A stretch of DNA of 16,839 bases from Candidatus Scalinduaceae bacterium (GTDB lineage Bacteria > Planctomycetota > Brocadiia > Brocadiales > Scalinduaceae): NCBI GenBank assembly GCA_046759445.1, contig JBHICG010000072.1, positions 1 through 16,839 of the forward strand, written 5' to 3'. A program made the translations under genes and the position numbers. Position 1 is the stretch's first letter, and every line of letters starts with the position of its first letter. The notes below the pieces were generated by a model, which saw only the letters and a list, made by a program, of their open reading frames with translations, did not search any database and was not told the origin of the DNA. Below, piece after piece: positions 7,921 to 16,778 of this stretch.

Positions 7921-8402
7921 TAAATCCTTACTCCTCTTAACTCTTCGATTTCCTGCTTGGTTTTCAATAACCTTAAACCTTCAACTGTCGCTTTGACAAC
8001 ATTTAAAGCATTTCTTGTTCCATAACATTTTGTCAAGATATCTTTAACTCCTACAGACTCAAGGACTGATCTAGCTGATGCACCAGCCTTAATTCCAGTA
8101 CCTGGCAAGGCTGGTATCAAATAAACCCTTGCTGATTTATAACACCCCCACACCTCATACGGTATAGTTCCATTAATTATAGGTACGTCAATAACATTTT
8201 TCTTTGCATCCTTCACTGCTTTACTAACAGAATTCGGGACATCTCTAGCTTTTCCAAAACCATACCCAACTATTCCATTTTTATCACCAACCACAACTAA
8301 TGCACTAAAACTGAGGCTTTTTCCTCCTTTTGTTACATTGGTACATCTGTTAATTTTTACAACTGTTTCTTCTAATTTTCCAATTTCAATTTTTTGTGTC
8401 AA
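7920..8402 (-). CDS. rpsE: 30S ribosomal protein S5 (uS5)
   Basis: TTG start preceded by AGGAGGG; INR...VTKGG...FSALVVVGD.NG.VG.G.GKA, PA.PGTGI.AG. Stop overlaps the rplO start (TAATG). Confidence 0.97.
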   Translation of the reverse strand: MTQKIEIGKLEETVVKINRCTNVTKGGKSLSFSALVVVGDKNGIVGYGFGKARDVPNSVSKAVKDAKKNVIDVPIINGTIPYEVWGCYKSARVYLIPALPGTGIKAGASARSVLESVGVKDILTKCYGTRNALNVVKATVEGLRLLKTKQEIEELRGVRI

Positions 8403-8457
8403 AAATCCCTCCTATGTTTGCATAAATTTATTTCTACATTTAGTATTTCGAAAGATT

Positions 8458-8826
8458 TTAAAAAATAAGGCCTTTTTCCCTTGCACCATCTGCCAATGCT
8501 TTAATCCTGCCGTGATACTTATATCCTCCTCTATCGAAAACCACCTTGTTAATACCAGCTTTTTTTGCTTCTTCTGCTATTTTTTGTCCTACCAATTCAG
8601 CAACTTTTTTGTTACCACCATATGGAAACCTTTCTTTGATATCCTTTGATAATGTTGATGCACTGGCAAGTGTTCTACCAGTTGAATCATCTATTAATTG
8701 GGAATATATGTTTTTCAAACTTCTATACACACTTAATCTTGGTTTTTCTTTAACTCCAAAGACCCTCTTCCGTATCCCCTTACGGCGTTTAATCTTCCTT
8801 CTTTGTTTATCTTTTAAGATATTCAT
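8458..8826 (-). CDS. rplR: 50S ribosomal protein L18 (uL18)
   Basis: [45 protein letters not shown]. Confidence 0.98.
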   Translation of the reverse strand: MNILKDKQRRKIKRRKGIRKRVFGVKEKPRLSVYRSLKNIYSQLIDDSTGRTLASASTLSKDIKERFPYGGNKKVAELVGQKIAEEAKKAGINKVVFDRGGYKYHGRIKALADGAREKGLIF

Positions 8827-8865
8827 AAACGTATCCTTAAAAGCATAAGATAAAATGCAATAGAA

Positions 8866-9426
8866 CTATGAGGCAGAAGCTACTGCCTTACCTGCTTTTC
8901 TACGAACAATTTCATCCTCATACTTGATACCTTTCCCCTTATATGGCTCAGGTGGGCGCAAACGTCTAATATCTGCAGCAAATTGTCCAACTAATTGCTT
9001 ATCACTGCCCATAACTGTTAACCTTCCAGGATTTGTTTGACTTTTAACTTCTACCTTTATGCCTTGAGGAATTTTTATTTTGATTGGATGCGAAAATCCT
9101 AATTGTAAAACCAAGTCATTACCCTGCAACTTGACATTATAACCTAAACCTATTATCTCCAATCCCTTTGAGAAACCATCAACAACACCACGCACATTAT
9201 TAGCTAAAAGTGTACGTGTTAAACCATGGAGTTCTTTAAACTTTCTCTCGTCAGAAGGGCGTTTTACAAGAACTCGCCTTTTTTCTTTGTTAATTTCTAC
9301 ATTTATCAAAGGATGTATTTTCTGTGTCAATTTTCCTTTCGGGCCTTCAATAGTCAATATACCCTTACCACAATTAATATTTACACCCTCAGGAATCAGA
9401 ATGGGCGTTTTCCCTATTCTAGACAT
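8866..9426 (-). CDS. rplF: 50S ribosomal protein L6 (uL6)
   Basis: MSRIGK.PI.IP, GPKG.L, HGLTRTL, LGFSHP, RPPEPYKGKGIKY..E.VRRKAGK. Confidence 0.99.
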   Translation of the reverse strand: MSRIGKTPILIPEGVNINCGKGILTIEGPKGKLTQKIHPLINVEINKEKRRVLVKRPSDERKFKELHGLTRTLLANNVRGVVDGFSKGLEIIGLGYNVKLQGNDLVLQLGFSHPIKIKIPQGIKVEVKSQTNPGRLTVMGSDKQLVGQFAADIRRLRPPEPYKGKGIKYEDEIVRRKAGKAVASAS

Positions 9427-9512
9427 AATCTTTGTACGAATATCCTCTCTAAAACCCCACTTTAAAAAAATATCGTTCCAGTCCGAACAATATTGTCACC
9501 TTAGAACTATAC

Positions 9513-9911
9513 CTACCAAACAGTACAAAGTAGTTCACCACCTACTTTATTTTTCCTGCATTCTTTGTCACTTAATATCCCTTGTGAGGTTGAGTATATC
9601 GTTATACCTACTCCATTAAGTACTTTTCCAATTTCTTCCGCTTTTCTATATGCTCTTCTACCTGGCTTACTCTCCCTTTTTAGATAATTGATTACCATTT
9701 GTTTTAAAGGCCCATATTTTAAATACACTCTCAGTATATTTTGTTTATCATCAGGAATTTTTTTAAAATCTCTTATAAAACCTTCCTTCTTTAAGACTTC
9801 AGCAATGCCAATCTTTATACGAGAAGAAGGAATATTTACACTTTCCTTGCTGACCATATTTGCATTCCTAATTCGTGTTAACATATCAGCAATAGGATCT
9901 GTCATGCACAT
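9513..9911 (-). CDS. rpsH: 30S ribosomal protein S8 (uS8)
   Basis: [37 protein letters not shown]...R...VGGELLC.VW. Confidence 0.99.
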   Translation of the reverse strand: MCMTDPIADMLTRIRNANMVSKESVNIPSSRIKIGIAEVLKKEGFIRDFKKIPDDKQNILRVYLKYGPLKQMVINYLKRESKPGRRAYRKAEEIGKVLNGVGITIYSTSQGILSDKECRKNKVGGELLCTVW

Positions 9912-9956
9912 TAATTACCCCCTTCTTTCCATAATAATTTTCCATCTCTTATTTCT

Positions 9957-10142
9957 CTACCAACTTGCCTTTCTCACACCAGGAATTTCTCCCTTCGATG
10001 CAAGTTTTCTAAAACATAGTCTACATATTTGAAATTTTCTATAATAACTTCGTGGCCTGCCACAAAGTTGACATCTGTTGTATCTTCTGGTTTTATATTT
10101 TGGATCATTCTTGCATTTCTCTATTAGCGCTTTCCTTGCCAT
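9957..10142 (-). CDS. rpsZ: 30S ribosomal protein S14 type Z (61 aa, zinc-binding)
   Basis: [33 protein letters not shown]. Start moved to ATG 10142 (MARKA) because GGAGG lies just upstream and this gives the canonical 61 aa. Confidence 0.97.
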   Translation of the reverse strand: MARKALIEKCKNDPKYKTRRYNRCQLCGRPRSYYRKFQICRLCFRKLASKGEIPGVRKASW

Positions 10143-10196
10143 ATAACCTCCAATTTTTGGCAATGTACTAATTGTAAGATTCTAAATAAATCTGAA

Positions 10197-10736
10197 CTAT
10201 CTACCAAAAGGCATACCAAACAATTTAAGGAATTCACTTGATTCTTCTTTTGATTTTCCAGATATTACTAATGTTATATCCATACCTTGCACATATTCAA
10301 TGTCATCAATACCTATTTCTGGAAAAACATTTAGCTCGCTTATACCCAACGAATAATTCCCATAACCATCAAAAGATTTTACTGGAAGGCCGCGAAAATC
10401 TTTTATTCTTGGAATAATAATACTTATTAGACGGTCCAAAAACTCATACGCCATTTTTCCCCGTAATGTTACTTTACACCCAATAGGGTTGCCTCTTTTA
10501 ATCTTAAAACCAGCTATATCTTTTCGAGCCTTTGTAATTAATGGTTTCTGTCCAGAAATCGTTGCTAAATGTTTAACAGCGTCATCAAGTATTTTCTTGT
10601 TTTCTTTTGCTTTTCCAATACCCATATTAATCACAATTTTAATCAATCTTGGAACTTCTAATTTGTTCCTATAATTAAATCTTTCCAGCATTAACGGTAT
10701 AATTTCTTCCTTGTATTTATCTAATAGACGTGCCAT
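10197..10736 (-). CDS. rplE: 50S ribosomal protein L5 (uL5)
   Basis: VPRL.KIVINMGIG, ISGQKP.IT.ARK.IAGFK, GCKVTLRG, PRIKDFRG, FDG.GNYSLG, GMDIT. ATG at 10736 (MARL) gives a typical 179 aa. Confidence 0.97.
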   Translation of the reverse strand: MARLLDKYKEEIIPLMLERFNYRNKLEVPRLIKIVINMGIGKAKENKKILDDAVKHLATISGQKPLITKARKDIAGFKIKRGNPIGCKVTLRGKMAYEFLDRLISIIIPRIKDFRGLPVKSFDGYGNYSLGISELNVFPEIGIDDIEYVQGMDITLVISGKSKEESSEFLKLFGMPFGR

Positions 10737-10761
10737 ATCTTTAACGTTCAAATATTAAATT

Positions 10762-11097
10762 TCACTCAGTAAAAACTATTTCACTTCCACATTTATAACA
10801 AACTCTAACTTTATTACCACTTTCAAGAAACTTCTTCCTGGTTCGTATACCTTTACCATATTTTTCGCATTTTTTGTTTTGGCATATCACTTGTACATTT
10901 GACCAAGATAAGGGAGCCTCCTTCTGCATACGGCCACCCTGTGGATTTTTTTCGCTTCGTGGCACATGTTTTTGAATATAATTTATCCCTTCTACAATTA
11001 CTCTTCTTTTTTTTGGTATAACCATTAATACCTTGCCAGTTTTACCCGCAGCTGCACCTGTTAATACCTGCACTATATCGTTTTTTCTTACATGCAT
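10762..11097 (-). CDS. rplX: 50S ribosomal protein L24 (uL24)
   Basis: KOW-like D.V.V.TG...GKTGKV, VIVEGIN...KH, NPQGG...KEAP..SNV; located between rplN and rplE. Confidence 0.96.
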   Translation of the reverse strand: MHVRKNDIVQVLTGAAAGKTGKVLMVIPKKRRVIVEGINYIQKHVPRSEKNPQGGRMQKEAPLSWSNVQVICQNKKCEKYGKGIRTRKKFLESGNKVRVCYKCGSEIVFTE

Positions 11098-11136
11098 ATT
11101 TTATAAATCCGTTTTTGGCATAAAAATTATAATTTT

Positions 11137-11505
11137 CTATACCACTTCAGGGGCCAAAGAAATTATCCGCATAAAATTTTTTTGTCTGAGCTCTTTTGCA
11201 ACTGCACCAAAAATTCGAGTTCCCCTAGGATTCCCTTCATCATCAACTATCACAACTGCATTTGTATCAAACTTTAAATAAGAACCGTCTTCACGTCTTA
11301 CATTCCTTTTAGTTCTCACAACCACACCTCTGACAACATCCCCTTTCTTCACAACACCATCAGGAATAGCCTTTTTCACTGCCACCACTATTATATCGCC
11401 TATGGAAGCATAGGTACGTCTGGAACCACCAAGAACCTTAATGCATGTGGCCCTTTTAGCGCCAGAGTTGTCTGCAACATCTAACATGGTTTGTTCCATT
11501 ATCAT
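11137..11505 (-). CDS. rplN: 50S ribosomal protein L14 (uL14)
   Basis: [42 protein letters not shown]. Confidence 0.99.
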   Translation of the reverse strand: MIMEQTMLDVADNSGAKRATCIKVLGGSRRTYASIGDIIVVAVKKAIPDGVVKKGDVVRGVVVRTKRNVRREDGSYLKFDTNAVVIVDDEGNPRGTRIFGAVAKELRQKNFMRIISLAPEVV

Positions 11506-11523
11506 TTTATAAGCATCCTGTTA

Positions 11524-11778
11524 TTATTCTACAATACGTATCAATCTCCAACGTTTTGTTTTACTTAATGGTCTAGTCTCGGCAATTTCGACCTTGTCGC
11601 CAATATCAGCCTTATTTTCTTCATCATGAGCTTTGTAAGTTGTCACCCTTTTAATATATTTTTTATATCTAGGATGTTTCACAAGCTTTTTAGATTTTAC
11701 AGTAATCGTTTTAGACATTTTATCGCTTGCAACTATTCCTATAACAGTCTTTTGTCTTTTATTACCTTTATTCTCCAT
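11524..11778 (-). CDS. rpsQ: 30S ribosomal protein S17 (uS17)
   Basis: [39 protein letters not shown]. Confidence 0.99.
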   Translation of the reverse strand: MENKGNKRQKTVIGIVASDKMSKTITVKSKKLVKHPRYKKYIKRVTTYKAHDEENKADIGDKVEIAETRPLSKTKRWRLIRIVE

Positions 11779-11786
11779 TAAGGTCG

Positions 11787-12011
11787 CTATTCTTTCTTCT
11801 TTGCAAAAAGATTTTCGTTAATTCCCAATTCCATTTCTCTTAAGATAGTTTTTAAGCGTGCAATATCCCTTCTTATTTGTTTATATTGTGCTGCGTTACG
11901 CAATTCTCCAGCTTGCCACTGAAACCTAAGGTTTAATAATTCTCGATTACAACCTTCCAATTCTTCAATTATTTCCTGACGGGATTTTTCTCTAATCTCA
12001 ATTGCCTTCAA
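11787..12011 (-). CDS. rpmC: 50S ribosomal protein L29 (uL29)
   Basis: TTG start overlapping the rplP stop (TTGA); ELLNLRFQ...[17 protein letters not shown]; short C-terminal extension. Confidence 0.96.
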   Translation of the reverse strand: MKAIEIREKSRQEIIEELEGCNRELLNLRFQWQAGELRNAAQYKQIRRDIARLKTILREMELGINENLFAKKKE

Positions 12012-12427
12012 ATTACTTGCCTCCTATGGATAAGCCTTACTTTAACCGGCATTTTATGTGCTATTCTGTTAAAGGCCTGTTTTGCCATATCCTCAGGCAC
12101 CCCCCCCATCTCATATAAAACGGTTCCTGGTTTAACAACAGCAACCCAATGTTCAGGTTCACCCTTACCCTTACCCATTCTTGTTTCAATAGGCTTTGAT
12201 GTAATAGGTTTGTGTGGAAATACTCTTATGACTAATTTTCCTTCACGTGCAACAAAGTGTGTTGCTGCCACTCTTCCTGCTTCAAGTTGTTGCGCTGTTA
12301 TCCAACCCTGCTCAGTAGATTGCAAACCATACTCCCCGAAGCATACTGTATTTCCCCTTGTTGCATTACCTTTAATTCGTCCCTTTTGAGATTTTCTAAA
12401 TTTTACCCTTTTTGGCATCAATCTCAT
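12008..12427 (-). CDS. rplP: 50S ribosomal protein L16 (uL16)
   Basis: [53 protein letters not shown]. Confidence 0.99.
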   Translation of the reverse strand: MRLMPKRVKFRKSQKGRIKGNATRGNTVCFGEYGLQSTEQGWITAQQLEAGRVAATHFVAREGKLVIRVFPHKPITSKPIETRMGKGKGEPEHWVAVVKPGTVLYEMGGVPEDMAKQAFNRIAHKMPVKVRLIHRRQVI

Positions 12428-13073
12428 AATTTCCCTCTTTTCCCGACTCGACTAATCCTCTATAAATCCATACTTTAACACCAATTGTACCATAATTGGT
12501 AAAAGATTCTGCAAATCCATAATTAATATCCGCCATTAATGTGTGCAAAGGAATACTTCCCACAGTAGAACCTTCTGTTCTTGCTATTTCTGCACCAGCT
12601 AAACGCCCAGACACCTGAACCTTAATGCCTTTTGCACCTACCTCCATAGTAGCATCTACAGCTTTTTTAATTGTCTTTCTAAAAGCGGCTCTCCTCTGTA
12701 ATTGTTCAGCAATATTTTCCGCTACCAATTGCGCCTCTAATTCTGGTTTGTCTATTTCTTGAATCCTTATATCAATCACCTTTCCAATTAGCTTTTCGAT
12801 ACCATCCTTTAATTTCTCGATTTCAGCTCCTTTGCGACCTATTATTAGGCCTGGTCTTGCCGAGCAGAGAGTAATTCTGGCTTCATCATCTCGTGTCCTT
12901 TCAATTACTATCCTGGGTATTCCTGTAAAACGATATTTCTTTTTAATGTAGTCTCTAATTTTCTGATCTTCTACGAGTAATTTTCCAAATTTCTTCTTTC
13001 CTGCATACCACCGTGATCTCCAATCTTCAATTATGCCGATTCTTAAACTAATTGGACAAACCTTTTGACCCAT
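12396..13073 (-). CDS. rpsC: 30S ribosomal protein S3 (uS3)
   Basis: MGQKV.P..LR.GI...W.SRWYA, KH domain [45 protein letters not shown]. Confidence 0.99.
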   Translation of the reverse strand: MGQKVCPISLRIGIIEDWRSRWYAGKKKFGKLLVEDQKIRDYIKKKYRFTGIPRIVIERTRDDEARITLCSARPGLIIGRKGAEIEKLKDGIEKLIGKVIDIRIQEIDKPELEAQLVAENIAEQLQRRAAFRKTIKKAVDATMEVGAKGIKVQVSGRLAGAEIARTEGSTVGSIPLHTLMADINYGFAESFTNYGTIGVKVWIYRGLVESGKEGNYEIDAKKGKI

Positions 13074-13184
13074 CTTCTCTCCCTTTTCAATTTTTAAACA
13101 AACTTCAAATCAATTAAAAAAAATTATGACGATTGCACCATTATGTTATGTATAATTTTTTTCTTTCCGAGACCAGAACTTATG

Positions 13185-13523
13185 TCACTTTTTTTCATCA
13201 GACAAAACTAAAGATATATGGCTTGTTCGCTTCTTAATCATAGCAGAAACACCTCTTGCCCTAGGTCGAAACCTTTCGCTCACAGGGCCACCGTCCACGC
13301 GGATTTCTTTTATGTATAACGAATCTATGTCTACGTCTAAATTTTCGTTGCTACTTGCAATTGCGGCCCTTAATGTTTTATCTATAAAACACGAAGCCCT
13401 TTTATTAGTAAATCTTAATATTTCAAGCGCATTATTTACGGATTTTCCCCTTATTAAGTCAACAACATATCTAACTTTTCTAGGTGAAATCCTAGCGTAT
13501 TTACAACTTGATACAAAGTCCAT
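13185..13523 (-). CDS. rplV: 50S ribosomal protein L22 (uL22)
   Basis: RISPRKVR.VVDLIRGK.V..AL.IL.F, VDGGP...RFRPRARG....I.KRTSHI. Confidence 0.98.
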   Translation of the reverse strand: MDFVSSCKYARISPRKVRYVVDLIRGKSVNNALEILRFTNKRASCFIDKTLRAAIASSNENLDVDIDSLYIKEIRVDGGPVSERFRPRARGVSAMIKKRTSHISLVLSDEKK

Positions 13524-13575
13524 TTTAAATTAAATCATTGATCTTTTACTGAAATTCTGAAATCAGTTTTGGCCG

Positions 13576-13857
13576 TTATGTTTTACCTCTTTTTTCTTTG
13601 CTCCCCACATGACCCCTAAATGTTCTAGTGGGTGCAAATTCGCCAAGTTTGTGGCCGACCATATCCTCAACAATAAAAAGCTTATGGAAAATCTTGCCAT
13701 TATGAACTAAAAAGGTATGAGACACAAACTCAGGAATAATTGTACAACTTCGCGCCCAAGTACGGATAGGATCTTTATTGCCAGTATCTTTCTGCCTTAA
13801 TACTTTTTTTAGCAGCTTGTCATCAATAAACGGTCCTTTTTTTCGTGAACGTCCCAT
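13576..13857 (-). CDS. rpsS: 30S ribosomal protein S19 (uS19)
   Basis: [43 protein letters not shown]. Confidence 0.99.
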   Translation of the reverse strand: MGRSRKKGPFIDDKLLKKVLRQKDTGNKDPIRTWARSCTIIPEFVSHTFLVHNGKIFHKLFIVEDMVGHKLGEFAPTRTFRGHVGSKEKRGKT

Positions 13858-13913
13858 AGATTGTTGCTCAGTTCAAATGTACTATCTTAATGTTCTAATC
13901 TAATCTTTTTTTA

Positions 13914-14741
13914 CTATTTAGTTCTTCTTCTTATTATATATTTATTACTGTCAGCTTTTCTCTTTCTTGTTTTTCCACCTTTAGCTAATAAGCCTGTTGG
14001 GGAACAAGGATGTCTTCCGCCATGACTTCGACCTTCTCCTCCACCCAAGGGATGAGCAACCGGATTCATCGCAGTGCCTCTTACATGAGGCCTGCGGCCC
14101 ATCCATCTTTTTCTTCCTGCCTTACCAATTTTTTTGCCCATATGGTCTATATTGCCAACTTGACCTATAGTTGCCTTACATTCATGAAAAATCTTACGGA
14201 CTTCGCCAGATGGAAGGACTACTTGTGCATAATTATTTTCCTTTGCTAAGATACGCGCAACACTACCTGCCGATTTAACAATTTTTCCACCTTCTCCAGG
14301 TTTAAGTTCGATATTATGAATATCCATTCCCGAAGGTATATTTTTTAGAGGCATACAATTACCAATTTTGGGCTCTACTCTATCACCAGAAATAATACTT
14401 TCTCCCACTGATAAACCACTTGGCGCCAATATATATCGCTTTTCTCCATCTACATAATGTAATAATGCAATGTTGGCTGAACGATTAGGATCGTATTCAA
14501 CACTTGCAACTTTTGCTGGAATATCAATTTTACTTCTTTTAAAGTCAATTATCCTGTATTTCCTTCTACTTCCACCACCTCTGTGCCTAGCAGTAATTTT
14601 ACCTTCATTGTTTCTTCCACCCGTTTTCTTTAAAGGTGCCAATAAACTTTTTTCAGGAGTTGTGGTAGTTATTTCTGAAAAATCAGAAACACTCGCAAAT
14701 CGTCTTCCGTTTGTTGTAGGTTTATAATTCTTAATACCCAT
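13914..14741 (-). CDS. rplB: 50S ribosomal protein L2 (uL2)
   Basis: [47 protein letters not shown]. Confidence 0.99.
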   Translation of the reverse strand: MGIKNYKPTTNGRRFASVSDFSEITTTTPEKSLLAPLKKTGGRNNEGKITARHRGGGSRRKYRIIDFKRSKIDIPAKVASVEYDPNRSANIALLHYVDGEKRYILAPSGLSVGESIISGDRVEPKIGNCMPLKNIPSGMDIHNIELKPGEGGKIVKSAGSVARILAKENNYAQVVLPSGEVRKIFHECKATIGQVGNIDHMGKKIGKAGRKRWMGRRPHVRGTAMNPVAHPLGGGEGRSHGGRHPCSPTGLLAKGGKTRKRKADSNKYIIRRRTK

Positions 14742-14773
14742 TTAAAAAGTATTTTTCCAATTTGATAACAACG

Positions 14774-15055
14774 TTAATAACCAAGGTCTATACTATTCCC
14801 TTCTTTCAAGGTTACTATTGCCTTCTTCCAACTTTTCGTCTTAAAAACCTTGTTCCTATATTTTCTTTTTTTTCCACTCTTGTTTATAGTCCTAACACTT
14901 AAAGTCTTTACCTCAAAAAGTTTTTCAATTGCTTCTTTTATTTGAATTTTGTTGGCTTTCTTATTTACTTCAAAATAATATGCATTTGTAGAATTTCTAT
15001 CAGTAACACTTTTTTCTGATTGTAAAGGTCTTTTAATAATTTGGTAATAATCCAT
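14774..15055 (-). CDS. rplW: 50S ribosomal protein L23 (uL23)
   Basis: IIKRPL.SEKS, Y.F.V...ANK.QIKEAIE.LF.VK, WKKAIVTLKEG. Confidence 0.98.
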   Translation of the reverse strand: MDYYQIIKRPLQSEKSVTDRNSTNAYYFEVNKKANKIQIKEAIEKLFEVKTLSVRTINKSGKKRKYRNKVFKTKSWKKAIVTLKEGNSIDLGY

Positions 15056-15108
15056 AACTGTCTTTTTTAATGAAATTATAGAATAAATTTCTATCTTTAA
15101 ATTTCGAC

Positions 15109-15726
15109 CTATTTATACTTAAGACTATCCAACGCATCCTTAGTTATTAACAATCTTTTGTATTTAATCACATCATATGCGTTCAGATCTGAAGCAACTT
15201 TTATCATCAAATTAAAAATATTCCTGGAAGATTTCCATATTATTTCATCCCTTTTTGGTATCACAACAAGACAACTATCTTTAATCCCTAAGGATTTCAA
15301 CAGCTCTATCATTCTTTTTGTTTTTGGATAATCGAATTCAAGTTTATCAATTAGAACTACTTCATTATCTTTTAATTTGGCTAAAATTGCAGAATATAAA
15401 GCTATTTTTTTTTCTTTTCGTGGTATTGAATATGAATAATCCCTTGGCCTAGGTCCAAAAATAGCTCCTCCTCCTCTCCATAATGGCGAGCGGATATCTC
15501 CTGCTCTTGCCCTTCCAGTATGTTTCTGGGCCCATGGCTTTTTGCCTCCACCACTTACCACTCCTCTAGTTTTTGTAGAAGCCGTACCTTGTCTGCGATT
15601 TGCTTCGTACATAATTATCGCATCTCTTAAAATGGTCCTATGAACTTTGCCTCCAAAATTCTCCTCTGACAAAGAGACTTTTTCTAATAAACTGCCATTA
15701 TTATCGAACATCGGAACCTCTAGCAT
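15109..15726 (-). CDS. rplD: 50S ribosomal protein L4 (uL4)
   Basis: RQGTASTKTR..VSGGGKKPW.QK.TGRARAG.IRSPLWRGGG..FGPRPRDY, S.RNI, LNAYD. Confidence 0.99.
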   Translation of the reverse strand: MLEVPMFDNNGSLLEKVSLSEENFGGKVHRTILRDAIIMYEANRRQGTASTKTRGVVSGGGKKPWAQKHTGRARAGDIRSPLWRGGGAIFGPRPRDYSYSIPRKEKKIALYSAILAKLKDNEVVLIDKLEFDYPKTKRMIELLKSLGIKDSCLVVIPKRDEIIWKSSRNIFNLMIKVASDLNAYDVIKYKRLLITKDALDSLKYK

Positions 15727-15741
15727 TATTAACCACTTTCA

Positions 15742-16365
15742 TTATTTACTTTTTCGGATAATAATATAACCACCATTTGGACCAGGAACTGATCCTTTAA
15801 CAACTAATAAATTCTTGCTTTTGTCTATCTTAACAACCTCAAGGTTCCTTACTGTAGTTTTTACACCACCCATCCTTCCTGCCATTTTTTTACCCTTAAT
15901 CACGCGTCCAGGATCGGTGCCTCCACCAATAGAACCAGTAGATCTGTGTATTCTAGAACCATGTGTTGCAGGCCCTCCACTAAACCCCCATCTTTTAATA
16001 ACACCAGCAAAACCTCTACCCTTACTAGTACTTGTAACGTCAACTTTTTTTATACCCTCAAAAACATCAACCGTTAAAACCTGACCCGGTTGATATTCAA
16101 TATCTGAATTATTACGAATCTCTTTCACAAATTTCTTCGGACCTGCCTTTGCTTTCAAAAAGTGCCCTATTTCCGCTTTTGTAGCTCTTTTCTTCTTTTT
16201 ATCTTCAAACCCGATTTGGATAGCTGTATACCCATCTTTTTCCTGATCTTTTATTTGCATAATATTACATGGACCAGCTTGTATCAAAGTTACTGGAGCT
16301 ACCTCTCCCTTTTCATTATACAACTGGGTCATATCCAATTTTTTACCTAACAATCCGACTGCCAT
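15742..16365 (-). CDS. rplC: 50S ribosomal protein L3 (uL3)
   Basis: GLLGKKL.MTQ, DGY.AIQ.GF, SKGRGFAGVIKRWGF, THGS..HR..GSIG, GKKMAGRMG, KGSVPG. Confidence 0.99.
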   Translation of the reverse strand: MAVGLLGKKLDMTQLYNEKGEVAPVTLIQAGPCNIMQIKDQEKDGYTAIQIGFEDKKKKRATKAEIGHFLKAKAGPKKFVKEIRNNSDIEYQPGQVLTVDVFEGIKKVDVTSTSKGRGFAGVIKRWGFSGGPATHGSRIHRSTGSIGGGTDPGRVIKGKKMAGRMGGVKTTVRNLEVVKIDKSKNLLVVKGSVPGPNGGYIIIRKSK

Positions 16366-16447
16366 ATGCTTATAATTACCTTATAGAATTTTAACCAAAA
16401 CCCCATATTTTAGTCAAAATATATTAACAATGTCACCGGTTTTTTAC

Positions 16448-16765
16448 TTAAGCTTTTATCTTTATTTCTATTCCAGCAGGCATATTTAACTTATTCAACG
16501 CATCAACAGTTTTTGCTGTTGGTTCTATAATATCAATTAGCCTTTTGTGCGTTCTTATCTCGAATTGTTCTCTAGATTTTTTGTTAACGTGCGGTGAGCG
16601 AAGGACTGTATATCTTTCCATACGTGTTGGTAAAGGTATTGGCCCGGATACTTTTGCTCCCGTACGCTTTGCAGTTTCTATTATCTCAACAGCTGCCTTA
16701 TCAAGCGCCCTGTGATCATAGGCTTCCATTCTAATCCTGATTTTAAAGTCTACTTCTGTTCCCAT
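16448..16765 (-). CDS. rpsJ: 30S ribosomal protein S10 (uS10/NusE)
   Basis: [42 protein letters not shown]. Confidence 0.99.
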   Translation of the reverse strand: MGTEVDFKIRIRMEAYDHRALDKAAVEIIETAKRTGAKVSGPIPLPTRMERYTVLRSPHVNKKSREQFEIRTHKRLIDIIEPTAKTVDALNKLNMPAGIEIKIKA

Positions 16766-16778
16766 AGCTCAAGTAATA

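Noticed and set aside
10143..10163. Longer starts given for S14 (10163), L5 (10751) and RpoA (1656)
   Set aside because: Downstream ATGs give canonical N-termini and lengths. For S14 and RpoA the longer start includes or abuts the SD itself.
10700..10770. E. coli-type S8 (spc) operator at the rplX-rplE junction
   Set aside because: I could not identify the required stem and internal loop by eye; it would need an Infernal search.
13126..13156. Plus-strand TATAAT (13151-13156) with upstream TTGCAC, as an antisense promoter
   Set aside because: The spacing is 12 nt rather than about 17, there is no TGn extension, and TATAAT is expected by chance in AT-rich DNA.
13230..13285. L22 tunnel-loop differences (SER..RARGVS) and L4 QKHTG as macrolide-resistance alleles
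   Set aside because: These loops vary naturally between phyla, and no phenotype can be inferred from sequence alone.
863..16350. All plus-strand ORFs in the track (e.g. 863-1066, 1289-1579, 3625-3930, 7541-7891, 9688-10032, 15815-16084)
   Set aside because: They lie antisense to conserved genes, have Phe/Ile/Ser/Leu-rich shadow composition and show no recognisable motifs.
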